Positions 18,524 through 29,136 of a stretch of DNA of 64,000 bases are shown here, one piece after another. Origin of the DNA: Deltaproteobacteria bacterium (GTDB lineage: Bacteria > Bdellovibrionota > JACOXK01); the NCBI GenBank assembly GCA_016182335.1, contig JACOXK010000057.1:706-64705 (forward strand). The letters are read 5' to 3'. Made by a program: the position numbers and the translations under genes. Numbering within the stretch: position 1 is the first letter of the stretch; each line of letters begins with the position of its first letter. The notes under the pieces were generated by a model. It did not search any database and was not told the DNA's origin. It saw only the letters and a list, made by a program, of their open reading frames with translations.

Positions 18524-20293
18524 TTAATAATAAGTATAGTAAAGCTGCGTTTTGCCACCCTGATTTTTCCAAGACAGAAATCTAGAAACATTCAATGACT
18601 CTTCGTAGAGAGTTGATAGAATATTGTCAGCCATAAAAGCATTTGAAATTGAAAATTCAATGGACTGAATACTGTTAGATACAATAAGTTTATACTGCCC
18701 TGCATTTCTAAAGGAAAGAAAACCCCCACCACATACCGAGGTGTGAAGTGTAATGAGATCTGCAGAACTTCCTAATGGCATAGGACGGTGATCCCAGGCG
18801 GAATTTAACTTGGTGAAATTGTCGTTTGTGCTTAAGTAAAACTGACCCTGGTTGTTTTTCCATAATACTTGAGCTGTTTGATCACCCTGGCTTAAACCAA
18901 TGACTGGTTTAAAACTTTTATCCACAACAACACCCAGAGGATTTATCTTGATAGGTTCAGACCAAAGAGTTCCTCCCAAAGAGCTGGAAGAACTCAGCAT
19001 GAACTTAAGATCATCGGCATCATAATAGGCTACAGCGAAATGCTCAGATCCACTTGCGGCATCGAAATGGTTTTTATCAGCAATCACGATGCGTTGTGCC
19101 GCTTGAGTTCGAGGGTCTAGCACAGAAGGGTTAACTGTGAACCTCTGGCTACCCATCAGTTGGACACTCCAGAGCTTTCTGTCTTGATCTACTACACTCA
19201 ACAATCGCAAATTTCCCTGTTTATCTTGCATTATTTTAAGTGTTTCTTGCGGATCCTGCTCAAGACCTTGGGCTAAACCAAAAATGTTTGAGAAGGGAAG
19301 TGTTGAAAATCGAGTTTCATGAGATGAAAAAGTATCAGAGATAAAAATATCGTAGGTGACTGGTTGCTGTTGAGCAGCTTTTCTTTTGACAATACCAACA
19401 AAATAAGTTTCACCGTTATCAAAAAGAGGAAACGTTTGAACTAATTCATAATATCTTTTTTCATAACGTGTTTCCAGTGTGCGGTGTTGAAAAGTGTCTC
19501 TTTCAAAATCATAAAAGGAAAACCCCAATTTGATTTTGTCGTTTGTGCCAGTAGATGTGTGTTCGACATATTCATAGGAAAGAACATAAAGATTTCTAAA
19601 ATCATGCGGAATTTTTGTTATTCCTGGGGCTTCGTAAGATACTCGTGTAATAGTTGTTCCCACAGCTTGTGTGAGGTGAGTTTGAGGTGAAAGTGTGCGC
19701 TGTCTTACATCCATTTGACCAGCAATATTAGGATAAATCTGAACAAGCAGAAGCTCCCCCACATGGGTTGTATCATGACCCAAAAGGGTGATGAGATTGC
19801 CGCGTCCGCCTCTCCACTGGTCTATGCTAATGGTTTTTGTTGCATCAAGATCGCTTAAAAATTCAGGTGGAGGACTGATAATCAAATTAGGTCGAACTGC
19901 AACACTAGCCTGACCTGATATGTGTCCTTTCAAAGTGTCACCACTGACGACGACGGACTCCAGTCCAGACCTCAAAGAAGTTATACAACCCGAGCGTTCA
20001 ATTTCGAGAATGGAGGAAGCTCTTCGTGAAGAGGACGTCAGAGTAGAAAGGGGGCTAAATTGAATGTTCTGGATATTAACGTTGGAATAGGCCATTCCCA
20101 AGAAGTTACCGCGTCCGTCGTAAGTTCCGGGGTAGATTTTCTCAGTAGCTCCTACCGACATTTCAATATTTTGAATTTGTTTTCCAAAAGCATCAGCAGG
20201 CGCTATGGAGCGTGGGAGCTCAACTTTTTGGATGTCACATGACATACAAAAAAACGCGAAAAATAAATATTTTAGTGTGTTTTTTTCCTTCAT
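18524..20293 (-). CDS. Hypothetical exported/lipoprotein
   Basis: 589-aa ORF with N-terminal LFFAFFCMSC (lipobox-like); beta-rich. Confidence 0.7.
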   Translation of the reverse strand: MKEKNTLKYLFFAFFCMSCDIQKVELPRSIAPADAFGKQIQNIEMSVGATEKIYPGTYDGRGNFLGMAYSNVNIQNIQFSPLSTLTSSSRRASSILEIERSGCITSLRSGLESVVVSGDTLKGHISGQASVAVRPNLIISPPPEFLSDLDATKTISIDQWRGGRGNLITLLGHDTTHVGELLLVQIYPNIAGQMDVRQRTLSPQTHLTQAVGTTITRVSYEAPGITKIPHDFRNLYVLSYEYVEHTSTGTNDKIKLGFSFYDFERDTFQHRTLETRYEKRYYELVQTFPLFDNGETYFVGIVKRKAAQQQPVTYDIFISDTFSSHETRFSTLPFSNIFGLAQGLEQDPQETLKIMQDKQGNLRLLSVVDQDRKLWSVQLMGSQRFTVNPSVLDPRTQAAQRIVIADKNHFDAASGSEHFAVAYYDADDLKFMLSSSSSLGGTLWSEPIKINPLGVVVDKSFKPVIGLSQGDQTAQVLWKNNQGQFYLSTNDNFTKLNSAWDHRPMPLGSSADLITLHTSVCGGGFLSFRNAGQYKLIVSNSIQSIEFSISNAFMADNILSTLYEESLNVSRFLSWKNQGGKTQLYYTYY

Positions 20294-20428
20294 GAATTTT
20301 TGTGGGATCGACTCCTATTTTATCGCATCTAGGGTGTTAAAACAATTGGCACAGTTTTTGAAAAGAAAACCGTCAGGCAGGTTTGATAATAAGTGTCTGG
20401 TAGTTTTAAGGTGATTTTGATATAACAT

Positions 20429-22561
20429 ATGAAAATGTCTGAAAAAAACATCAGTTTTGCCATTCAAGGGATGCATTGCGCCTCGTGTGCAGCCAAGATA
20501 GAGAAGACATTCAAAACAAATGCTCAAGTGTCAAACATTTCTGTTAATTTTGCTAGTTCCAGAGCTCTTGTTGAATCAACACTTACTTTTGAAGAGATTA
20601 AAAAGATCATCCAGGATTTGGGTTACCAAGCCTATTCTCTTCAAGAAAAAAACACTCAAGACCAGGATTTGGAAGCTCGCAAAAATGAAATACTGATAGC
20701 TTTGTCCTGCAGTTTTGTAGTTTTTCTCATCTCCATGGTTTTTCACATCGAAACCCTTTGGGGTTTTACAGTGCAAGCTCTTTTATCTTCTATCGTTCTT
20801 TTTTATCCAGGAAGGTATTTTTTTATTTCTGCTTGGAAAAATCTTAAAAAACTTTCAACTAATATGGACACTCTTATCGCATTGGGTTCCGGGTCTGCCT
20901 ATGGCTATAGTTTTATGGCTCTATTTCAAGACGAGCCTTTGTATTTCGAAACAGCTTCTCTGATTATATCCTTTGTTTTAGTTGGAAATTATTTAGAAAG
21001 AAAATCTAAACAAAAATCTAATGAAGCATTGAACCAATTAATTCAAATGACTCCACAGGTGGGCCGTGTCATCAAAGGGAAAGAAGAACAAGTCGTCCCC
21101 ATTTCTGAAATACATGTGGGAGATCATTTATTGATTAAACCTGGGGAGCACATTCCACTGGATGGGAAAGTTGTCGAAGGTATTTCTTCTATTGATGAGT
21201 CCACGATGACGGGAGAAAGCCTTCCCTCTGAAAAAAAAGAAGGAGATTATGTCTATGCCGCTACAATCAACAAAAGTGGGGCTTTGCATATTGAAGTTAC
21301 AAAAAAAAATACAGAAACTCTTTTTGCAAAACTAATTGAACTTGTAGATCGGGCCCAGAGCTCTAAGGGGCGTTATCAGAGGTTGGCTGATGTTGTATCT
21401 TCTTACTTTGTTCCAGCCATCTGTGTTCTATCGGTTCTCACTTTTGTAGGATGGTTTTTGAATGATGATGTATCGTTAGCATTGAAGTATGCCATTGCTG
21501 TTCTTGTCATTGCCTGCCCTTGTGCTTTGGGATTGGCAACCCCAATAGCAGTTGTCACTGCTGTGGGTCAGGCGGCCAGGCGTGGAATTCTCTTCAAAAA
21601 TGCTGAAGTTCTCAATCTTCTTTCTAAAACAAAAGTTCTTTTTTTTGATAAAACAGGGACTATTACAAGGGCTCACCCTGTAGTTCATCAAGTCGTTCCA
21701 CTTTCTAAAAAGTTTACAGTAAAGGACATATTAAAACTTGCCTCTGCCGGTGAAAAAAAGTCAGAGCATCCACTGAGCATTGCCGTTGTAGAAAGAGCGA
21801 AAGCCTTGTCTCTAGAGATTGATTCAGCTTTGCATTTTAAAAATTTTGAGGGAAAAGGGATTTCTTTTCAAGTTGCAAGTAGGTCCTTGCTCGTAGGAAA
21901 TGAGGTATTTATGAAGGAAAATAATATCCCTCTAGAAAATTCCCAAAGAACTCTTGAAGAGTTTAAAAATTTTGCTTTTACGACTGTGTTTGTTTCCATT
22001 GATGGCGTTTTGGAGGGGGTTTTACTTATCTCAGATGAAATTCGTGAAAATGTGAGAGAAACAATTCAAAAGTTAAAACAACTTTCTATTCATCCTATGA
22101 TGGTAACAGGGGATAATCCCCAAACAGCTAAAGCTGTTGCAGCAATTATTGGTGTTGAAGATACTTTTGCGAACTTAAAACCTGATGAAAAATTAGAGAA
22201 AATCAAAGAATATCAAAGAAGAGGTCATGTAACTGCCATGGTTGGAGATGGTGTGAATGATGCTCCAGCTCTTGCCACTTCTGATGTTGGCATTGCTGTT
22301 GAGGGCGGCAGCCACATAGCGCTTGAATCGGCTGATGTAACACTCCTCAAGGGAGATTTTTCAAGGATTGTCTCTGTTTTTGAAATTGCAAGGAAATCAG
22401 TGCGGATTATGAAGCAAAACTTATTTTGGGCTTTCTTTTATAATGTTGTCGCTATTCCCTTTGCAGCGCTTGGGTATCTTCATCCGGTGCTTGCGGCAGC
22501 GGCTATGTCGGCTAGCTCATTGACTGTAGTTTTCAATGCATTAAGACTCAGGAAATCTTGA
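20429..22561 (+). CDS. copA: Cu(I)-type heavy-metal P1B ATPase
   Basis: GMHCASC, TGES, CPC, DKTGT, SEHP, GDGVND and YN..MSASS motifs. Confidence 0.92.
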   Translation: MKMSEKNISFAIQGMHCASCAAKIEKTFKTNAQVSNISVNFASSRALVESTLTFEEIKKIIQDLGYQAYSLQEKNTQDQDLEARKNEILIALSCSFVVFLISMVFHIETLWGFTVQALLSSIVLFYPGRYFFISAWKNLKKLSTNMDTLIALGSGSAYGYSFMALFQDEPLYFETASLIISFVLVGNYLERKSKQKSNEALNQLIQMTPQVGRVIKGKEEQVVPISEIHVGDHLLIKPGEHIPLDGKVVEGISSIDESTMTGESLPSEKKEGDYVYAATINKSGALHIEVTKKNTETLFAKLIELVDRAQSSKGRYQRLADVVSSYFVPAICVLSVLTFVGWFLNDDVSLALKYAIAVLVIACPCALGLATPIAVVTAVGQAARRGILFKNAEVLNLLSKTKVLFFDKTGTITRAHPVVHQVVPLSKKFTVKDILKLASAGEKKSEHPLSIAVVERAKALSLEIDSALHFKNFEGKGISFQVASRSLLVGNEVFMKENNIPLENSQRTLEEFKNFAFTTVFVSIDGVLEGVLLISDEIRENVRETIQKLKQLSIHPMMVTGDNPQTAKAVAAIIGVEDTFANLKPDEKLEKIKEYQRRGHVTAMVGDGVNDAPALATSDVGIAVEGGSHIALESADVTLLKGDFSRIVSVFEIARKSVRIMKQNLFWAFFYNVVAIPFAALGYLHPVLAAAAMSASSLTVVFNALRLRKS

Positions 22562-24354
22562 CCACAGCACACATTCGAAATTTTTGTATTATTGCTCACA
22601 TTGATCATGGAAAGTCTACGCTTGCAGACAGAATTCTGGACCTGACCCAAGCCATTACAGAAAGGGAGAAGCGGGATCAGTACCTGGATACCATGGAACT
22701 GGAGCAAGAACGTGGCATTACTATTAAGGCTCAAAGTGTTCGACTCAAATATAAGGCCAACGACGGGCAAGAGTATTACTTCAATTTGATTGATACGCCA
22801 GGACACGTCGATTTTACCTACGAGGTTTCAAAAAGTCTTTCAGCTTGTGAGGGAGCTATTCTCATTGTGGATGCTGCTCAGGGTGTTGAAGCTCAAACTG
22901 TAGCAAATCTTTACCTTGCTCTGGATAATAATCTTACAATTATTCCAGTGGTTAATAAAATCGACTTACCCAATGCCGATATTGAAAGGGCTAAATTAGA
23001 ACTTGAAGACTTAGGTGTTGATTCTTCAGATGCGGTTTGCATTAGCGCCAAAACGGGTTTGAACGTTGAGAAGGTTTTAGAGGCAGTCGTAAAAATTATT
23101 CCTCCCCCCTCCGACATGAGCCAAAAGCCCCTGAAAGCTCTCATTTTCGACAGTTGGTACGACTCTTATAAAGGCGTTATTGTGCTTACTCGAGTTTTCG
23201 AAGGAAAAATTCAAAAGGGGCAAAAAATCAGACTTGTGGCATCGCAGCGAACTTACGAAGTACAAGAATTGGGGTTTTTTACTCCCAAACCTATACCCGT
23301 TGTAGAGTTATGCTCAGGAGAAGTAGGTTTTGTGATCTGTGCTATTAAAAATATTGGTGATACAAAAGTCGGGGAAACAATTACGGACGAAGAACACCCG
23401 TGTGAAAAACCTTTACCAGACTTTAAAGATGTTAAACCCCTTGTCTACAGTGGATTCTTTCCAACGTCTGCCAAGGAGTTTGATCCCCTGCGTGACGCGT
23501 TAGAAAAGCTTCAGCTTAATGATTATTCTTTTTGTTTTGAACCAGAATCTTCTGTAGCTCTTGGATCTGGTTTTCGGTGTGGTTTCTTAGGCCTTCTTCA
23601 TATGGAAATTATTCAGCAACGTCTTGAGCGAGAATATAATTTGAACCTGATCGCAACGGCCCCATCGGTTGTATACGAGATTATTCTTAATAATAAGGAC
23701 ATGATTCACATTGAGAATCCCTCAGAACTACCGGATCCAACCAAAATAGATGAAATTCGTGAACCTATGGTCGAAGTTCACATCCACACTCCCCCCGATT
23801 ATATCGGAGCGCTGATTACATTGTGTATTGACAGACGGGGAATTCAAAAGAAAATTGAATATTTATCAGATCGAAGAGCCGTTCTTTCTTTTAACCTTCC
23901 ATTTAACGAAATTATTTTTGATTTTTATGACAAGCTCAAATCCATTTCTCAAGGATATGCCTCTATGGATTACAACGTCATAGGCTATCAAACCTCTGAT
24001 CTTGTAAAGCTTGATATTTTGGTTAACGGAAAGCCAGTCGATGCGCTATCATTTATAGTCCATCGCACTCGGGCTTTTCATAAAGGGCGGGAACTTGTGA
24101 AAAAGATGCGAGAAGTGATTCCTCGCCAAATGTTTGAAGTAGCGCTTCAAGCAGCTATTGGCTCGCGCGTCATAGCTCGTGAAAGTGTCAAAGCTTTGCG
24201 AAAAAATGTTACGGCAAAGTGTTACGGGGGCGATATTACAAGGAAAAGAAAACTGCTAGAAAAACAAAAGGCTGGCAAAAAGAAGATGAAAATGATAGGA
24301 AATGTGGAAATCCCTCAAGAAGCGTTTCTTGCTATTTTGAAGGTAGAAGATTAA
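22558..24354 (+). CDS. lepA: Elongation factor 4
   Basis: [14 protein letters not shown] and [21 protein letters not shown] start overlaps the copA stop. Confidence 0.98.
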   Translation: MTTAHIRNFCIIAHIDHGKSTLADRILDLTQAITEREKRDQYLDTMELEQERGITIKAQSVRLKYKANDGQEYYFNLIDTPGHVDFTYEVSKSLSACEGAILIVDAAQGVEAQTVANLYLALDNNLTIIPVVNKIDLPNADIERAKLELEDLGVDSSDAVCISAKTGLNVEKVLEAVVKIIPPPSDMSQKPLKALIFDSWYDSYKGVIVLTRVFEGKIQKGQKIRLVASQRTYEVQELGFFTPKPIPVVELCSGEVGFVICAIKNIGDTKVGETITDEEHPCEKPLPDFKDVKPLVYSGFFPTSAKEFDPLRDALEKLQLNDYSFCFEPESSVALGSGFRCGFLGLLHMEIIQQRLEREYNLNLIATAPSVVYEIILNNKDMIHIENPSELPDPTKIDEIREPMVEVHIHTPPDYIGALITLCIDRRGIQKKIEYLSDRRAVLSFNLPFNEIIFDFYDKLKSISQGYASMDYNVIGYQTSDLVKLDILVNGKPVDALSFIVHRTRAFHKGRELVKKMREVIPRQMFEVALQAAIGSRVIARESVKALRKNVTAKCYGGDITRKRKLLEKQKAGKKKMKMIGNVEIPQEAFLAILKVED

Positions 24355-24360
24355 CTTGTT

Positions 24361-25185
24361 ATGGTAATGCAGAAGATCGATCAACCTAAAAAAAGCGGGC
24401 ACAAAAGAGAAGCTTTTGAAGCCATTTTCGTGGCCCTCCTTATCGCCGTCCTTTTAAGGGCTTTTATTGTTGAAGCCTTTGTTATTCCCTCACCCTCCAT
24501 GGTTCCCACCCTTTTAGAAGGAGATTTTATACTTGTTAATAAGTTTGCTTATGGTTTGAGAATTCCTTTTACAAAAAAGAGGGTTCTTTATCAGGGGCGC
24601 ACTCCAAAACCTGGAGAAATTATAATTTTCATGTTCCCATGGGAGCAGGCCCCTATTTTCCAAAGAGACTACAAGGGTAAAGATTTCATTAAACGTGTTG
24701 TAGGGGTTCCAGGAGATAGAATACGAGTAGGGGATTATAAGAAAACACTACCTGATGGAAGTGAAGTTCTTGTTGAAGGTCAGCTTTTTGTGAACGATCA
24801 ACCTGTCCAGAAGGTAAAAATTTCTGATTTAGAAGACCTTGAAGATTTTTCCGGACCAGCTTCGCTCTTTGAAGAAGAGATTCAAGGTATTAAACACATG
24901 ATTCGTGAAAAAAAGAATAAAGCATTTTCTGGAGGAAAATACTACCCAAGACCTGGAGAAGAAAGCTATTTTACAGTCCCGCAGAACTCCTTGTTTGTCA
25001 TGGGAGACAATCGCGATAACAGTTCTGATAGCCGCTCCTGGGGTGTCGTCCCTATGGAGAATTTAAAAGGCACAGCTCTTTTTATATGGATGTCAGTAGA
25101 ACTGGGAGAAAGTAGCAATTTTTTCATGCGCCTTATCAAGTCGAAAGGAGTCCGGTGGAATAGAATATCCAAAATCATTCTATGA
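24361..25185 (+). CDS. lepB: Signal peptidase I
   Basis: IPSPSMVPTL, FIKRVVG and MGDNRDNSSDSR motifs. Confidence 0.96.
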   Translation: MVMQKIDQPKKSGHKREAFEAIFVALLIAVLLRAFIVEAFVIPSPSMVPTLLEGDFILVNKFAYGLRIPFTKKRVLYQGRTPKPGEIIIFMFPWEQAPIFQRDYKGKDFIKRVVGVPGDRIRVGDYKKTLPDGSEVLVEGQLFVNDQPVQKVKISDLEDLEDFSGPASLFEEEIQGIKHMIREKKNKAFSGGKYYPRPGEESYFTVPQNSLFVMGDNRDNSSDSRSWGVVPMENLKGTALFIWMSVELGESSNFFMRLIKSKGVRWNRISKIIL

Positions 25186-26129
25186 AGCACTTACTGGGAG
25201 TTAAAGAACTTGATACGGCAACCATTAAATCTATCCTGAAAGAAGCTTTTTATTTCAAAAAACAAGTCGAAAAAAAAGATCCAAAGTTATCAACTCTGCT
25301 CAAAAATGACGTTGTAGCCAATGTTTTTTTTGAGCCAAGCACACGAACCCGTGTTTCATTCGAAATTGCAGCAAAAAAATTAGGAGCCTCGGTTATTAAC
25401 GTATTGGCAGAATCTTCTAGTATTGTTAAGGGCGAGACTATTTTTGATACTCTTTTAAACCTTGAAGCTATGGGGGTCGATTTATTTATTTTAAGACACA
25501 ATCAGTCCGGAATGCCACATTATCTGTCTAAATACTTGAAAACTCCTGTCATTAACGCAGGGGATGGCTCTCATGAACACCCAACGCAGGCTCTTTTAGA
25601 CCTTATGACAATAGTTGAATACAAGAAGAATTTGAAAAATCTTAAAGTCGTGATTGTTGGAGATATCTTGCACAGTCGTGTTGCGCGATCCAATATTTTT
25701 TGTCTTTCGAAATTTGTATCTCAAGTCACTCTATGTAGTCTTCCAACCTTAATACCTAAAGGATTTTCAGAATTGGATGTTTCCATATCTTACAATTTAC
25801 AAGAATCTGTTAAAGATGCAGACATTATAATGGTGTTAAGGCTTCAGAAAGAACGCCATGAACAAAATGATATCCCCTCTATCAAAGAATATATTAAATA
25901 CTGTCAACTTAATGAGAAATTAAAGTTTCCAAAAGATGCCTTGATTATGCACCCAGGCCCGGTAAATAGAAATGTAGAAATGAGTGATGGGCTTTATCAC
26001 TCGTCTCAGTCGGTTGTTCTTTCACAGGTGCGAAACGGATTACCAATGCGGATGGCACTCATTTCGCGTTTTCTGAATAAAGACCATAAAAAAATAAAAA
26101 CTAAAAAATTAACAGCATATGACGGGTAG
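25182..26129 (+). CDS. pyrB: Aspartate carbamoyltransferase
   Basis: FFEPSTRT, HPTQ, RLQKER and HPGP motifs. Confidence 0.97.
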   Translation: MKHLLGVKELDTATIKSILKEAFYFKKQVEKKDPKLSTLLKNDVVANVFFEPSTRTRVSFEIAAKKLGASVINVLAESSSIVKGETIFDTLLNLEAMGVDLFILRHNQSGMPHYLSKYLKTPVINAGDGSHEHPTQALLDLMTIVEYKKNLKNLKVVIVGDILHSRVARSNIFCLSKFVSQVTLCSLPTLIPKGFSELDVSISYNLQESVKDADIIMVLRLQKERHEQNDIPSIKEYIKYCQLNEKLKFPKDALIMHPGPVNRNVEMSDGLYHSSQSVVLSQVRNGLPMRMALISRFLNKDHKKIKTKKLTAYDG

Positions 26130-27420
26130 AAAAATGGTTACATTAATTAAAAATCTAAAAATATTTAATCCAGGACACAAAATTTTTGAAGGGTCGATAG
26201 TTCTCAAAGAAGGGAAAATTGCTGATATTATTAAAAATAAAAGTCAGAAGTGGGACGATTCTCATTTTGAGAAAGTCATCGACGGAAAGGGGCTTCATTG
26301 TTTTCCTGGTTTTATTGATCTGCACAGTCACCTAAGGGAACCTGGTTTTGAAGAATGTGAAACCATTGAATCGGGCTCGAAATCTGCTGCTGCAGGTGGT
26401 TTTACAACGGTGTGTTGTATGCCCAATACGAATCCTGTAAACGATCATCCTCGAGTGACTCATCTGATTCAAGAAAAAATTCAAAACCATGCTGTCATAA
26501 AAGTTTTTCCTATTGGAGCTATTTCAGAAGGCTTAGAAGGTAAGAAACTAGCCCATATCGGTTTGTGTATTGAAGAAGGAATCGTTGCCATTTCTGATGA
26601 CGGACGTTGTGTGACTTCAACTGCCTTTATGCAAAAGGCCTTAGCCTATTCCAGGCAGTTTGAAATTCCCGTTGTTGTGCATGCTGAGGATCCAGAACTT
26701 GTTTATGATGCTGGTATTCATACGGGTAGACGCGCTTCTCTCTTGGGACTCAAGGGAAGCCCTGCTTTAGCTGAAGAGGTTATTGTTTCCCGAGATATTA
26801 TTCTTGCAGAAAGGAGTCGTGCCAAACTTCACATTGCCCATGTTTCGTCGTGGCAGGCTCTCAAACATATTGAGCGGGCAAAAGATAGAGGAGTTTCTGT
26901 TACCTGTGAGGTGTGTCCGCATCATCTTGTTCTTACTGAAAAAGCAGCGGATGATTTTAACACTTTGGCGAAAGTGGCCCCTCCTTTGCGGACTGAAAAA
27001 CATCAGATTGCTTTACGCAAGGCCTTGAAAGACGGTGTTATTGATGCCATCGCAACGGATCACGCCCCGTGGGCAGAGAAATATAAGGATCTTCCTTTTC
27101 AAGAAGCCGCGTGCGGTATTGCTGGGTTTGAGACGGCTTTTGCTTTGAGTTATTCGCTAGTTTTAAAAAAAGTCATAAGTCTTGATCAATTGATATCTAA
27201 GCTTACGGTTGAGCCAGCTCGCATTTTTGGGTTTAAGAAACCAGAAATTAAAAAAGCACAGAGCGCTGATCTCACACTTGTAAACCTTTCGCAGAAATAT
27301 CAAATTGATTCACAACAATTTCTTTCGAAATCAAGAAACACTCCCTTTCATGGAATGAAAGTTCAGGGAAAAATTAAATATACTTTTTGTCGCGGTGCAC
27401 TTGTTTATGGCGACATCTGA
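26119..27420 (+). CDS. pyrC: Dihydroorotase
   Basis: DLHSHLREPG, MPNTNP and ATDHAP motifs. Confidence 0.95.
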   Translation: MTGRKMVTLIKNLKIFNPGHKIFEGSIVLKEGKIADIIKNKSQKWDDSHFEKVIDGKGLHCFPGFIDLHSHLREPGFEECETIESGSKSAAAGGFTTVCCMPNTNPVNDHPRVTHLIQEKIQNHAVIKVFPIGAISEGLEGKKLAHIGLCIEEGIVAISDDGRCVTSTAFMQKALAYSRQFEIPVVVHAEDPELVYDAGIHTGRRASLLGLKGSPALAEEVIVSRDIILAERSRAKLHIAHVSSWQALKHIERAKDRGVSVTCEVCPHHLVLTEKAADDFNTLAKVAPPLRTEKHQIALRKALKDGVIDAIATDHAPWAEKYKDLPFQEAACGIAGFETAFALSYSLVLKKVISLDQLISKLTVEPARIFGFKKPEIKKAQSADLTLVNLSQKYQIDSQQFLSKSRNTPFHGMKVQGKIKYTFCRGALVYGDI

Positions 27421-28504
27421 AGCATTTCTTTTTCTTGAAGATGGGACGTTAATTCATGGAAAATCTTGTGGAGCCAGAGGAACCTCTGTAGGAGAGCTCG
27501 TCTTTAACACCTCTATGTCGGGTTACCAGGAGATTTTAACGGACCCTTCTTATTATGGGCAAATTATCACAATGACGTTTCCTCATATTGGCAACTATGG
27601 CACCTCACCTCTTGATGACGAATCTGACAAAGTGTGGGCCAAAGGTCTTGTTGTCAAAGATATGTGTGAAAAGCCTCGATTGAGAGCCACTCTGTCTCTG
27701 CCTAGTTACTTAGCAAACAACAATACGGTTGCCATTAGTGGGATTGATACAAGAAAACTGACAAGAAAGTTAAGATCACAAGGTTCTTTGAAGGCCGTCA
27801 TCACAACAGAATCAACTAATTCAAAGAATTTATTCAAAATTCTTGAGAAAGAGCCCCCGATGCTGGGAAGAAATTTAAGCTTTGATGTCAGTTGTAAAAA
27901 ACACTATAGAATTGAAAATAAGCAAGCACAGTGGCGAATTGTCGCAATCGATTTTGGGATTAAAAAATCAATTTTAAAATATCTGAAAGAGAGAGGTTGT
28001 GAAATACACGTCGTTCCAGCCTGGTCCACGGCGGAGGAGATCTTATCGCTTCACCCACAGGCTCTCTTTCTTTCCAATGGGCCTGGAGATCCTGCTGCTG
28101 TTACGACCGCCATTGAAACGATTCGTAACCTCGTAGGAACTATGCCTATTTTTGGGATTTGTCTTGGACATCAGCTCTTATGCCTAGCCCTTGGCGCCAC
28201 AACGTATAAGCTCAAATTCGGTCATCGGGGCGCAAACCATCCGGTATTAAATCCTGCTAAAAACAGTGTTGAAATAACGACTCATAATCATGGATTCGCT
28301 GTCAATCATCCTGGAGCTTCGAAAAGCGAAGGATCTCATGAAGTGAGCATTCAAAATCTCAACGACCATACTCTTGAAGGAATTTATGATCCAAAAAATT
28401 TTCTGCTTTCGATTCAGTACCATCCAGAGTCTTCCCCAGGCCCACTGGACTCCCTTTACTTATTTGATAAGTTTGTTGAAATGATGAGGGGGTTTCACAA
28501 ATGA
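27407..28504 (+). CDS. carA: Carbamoyl-phosphate synthase small subunit
   Basis: GYQEILTDPSY, SNGPGDP, GICLGHQ and QYHPE motifs. Confidence 0.97.
   Translation: MATSEAFLFLEDGTLIHGKSCGARGTSVGELVFNTSMSGYQEILTDPSYYGQIITMTFPHIGNYGTSPLDDESDKVWAKGLVVKDMCEKPRLRATLSLPSYLANNNTVAISGIDTRKLTRKLRSQGSLKAVITTESTNSKNLFKILEKEPPMLGRNLSFDVSCKKHYRIENKQAQWRIVAIDFGIKKSILKYLKERGCEIHVVPAWSTAEEILSLHPQALFLSNGPGDPAAVTTAIETIRNLVGTMPIFGICLGHQLLCLALGATTYKLKFGHRGANHPVLNPAKNSVEITTHNHGFAVNHPGASKSEGSHEVSIQNLNDHTLEGIYDPKNFLLSIQYHPESSPGPLDSLYLFDKFVEMMRGFHK
28301..28337 (+). repeat. Degenerate family B element, in frame in carA (NHPGASKSEGS)
   Basis: gtcaatcatcctggagcttcgaaaagcgaaggatctc; the cgaaggatct end is identical to the reverse complement of 43456-43465. 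Confidence 0.65.
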
Positions 28505-29136
28505 TTGCTGAGCAGTATTTAGATCGCATTATCGAAACTTATACGACCGGAAAATATGAGCAACAGGTTCGACATGCTAAGGGAGAGTTTTTTAAATTAA
28601 CAGGTGTTGTTTTTGAAAATGACCCTTTTTTTGAAGAAAGAATGGATTTATTTCTTGAATGGTACCTCTTTACAAGGCCTTTAGACAATCACGATATGCC
28701 CCCGGTTAAACTATTTTATTTAGAGGGAGAAAAAAAGTTTAATCATGAAGAACGAGATGTTTATTTTGGATTAACGCAAATTCTCCACAGTCTATTTCAA
28801 CTTAAAAAAATTAAGAAAAATATTTTTTATTTGAAAGATTTTTTTATGGATAAAGCGGTTCAAGTTTGTGTGACTGATACTTTAACTCTGAGTTGTGGAG
28901 ATATATTCGAAGCGCGTCTCATACCGTATCAGGGAAAATATTATTTTGGAAAAGGTTTTTGTTATCATTCCCCTCAAACTAAAACTTTTATAGAACAGAG
29001 AATTAAAAAGATTAAACATCTTGATGAAACCTTCAAACAAAAATTGCTTTTGGATTTAGCTTCGATGAGATTAAAGCATGATCGCTACCCGCACATTGAT
29101 CTTAAACATATTTACTCGCTTGATTCTAAAATTTAA
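28501..29136 (+). CDS. Hypothetical protein between carA and carB
   Basis: 211-aa ORF overlapping both neighbours (ATGA and TAATG junctions). Confidence 0.8.
   Translation: MIAEQYLDRIIETYTTGKYEQQVRHAKGEFFKLTGVVFENDPFFEERMDLFLEWYLFTRPLDNHDMPPVKLFYLEGEKKFNHEERDVYFGLTQILHSLFQLKKIKKNIFYLKDFFMDKAVQVCVTDTLTLSCGDIFEARLIPYQGKYYFGKGFCYHSPQTKTFIEQRIKKIKHLDETFKQKLLLDLASMRLKHDRYPHIDLKHIYSLDSKI

Noticed and set aside
20346..20362. sigma54-like TGGCAC-N5-TTGAA upstream of copA
   Set aside because: It lacks the conserved -12 GC.
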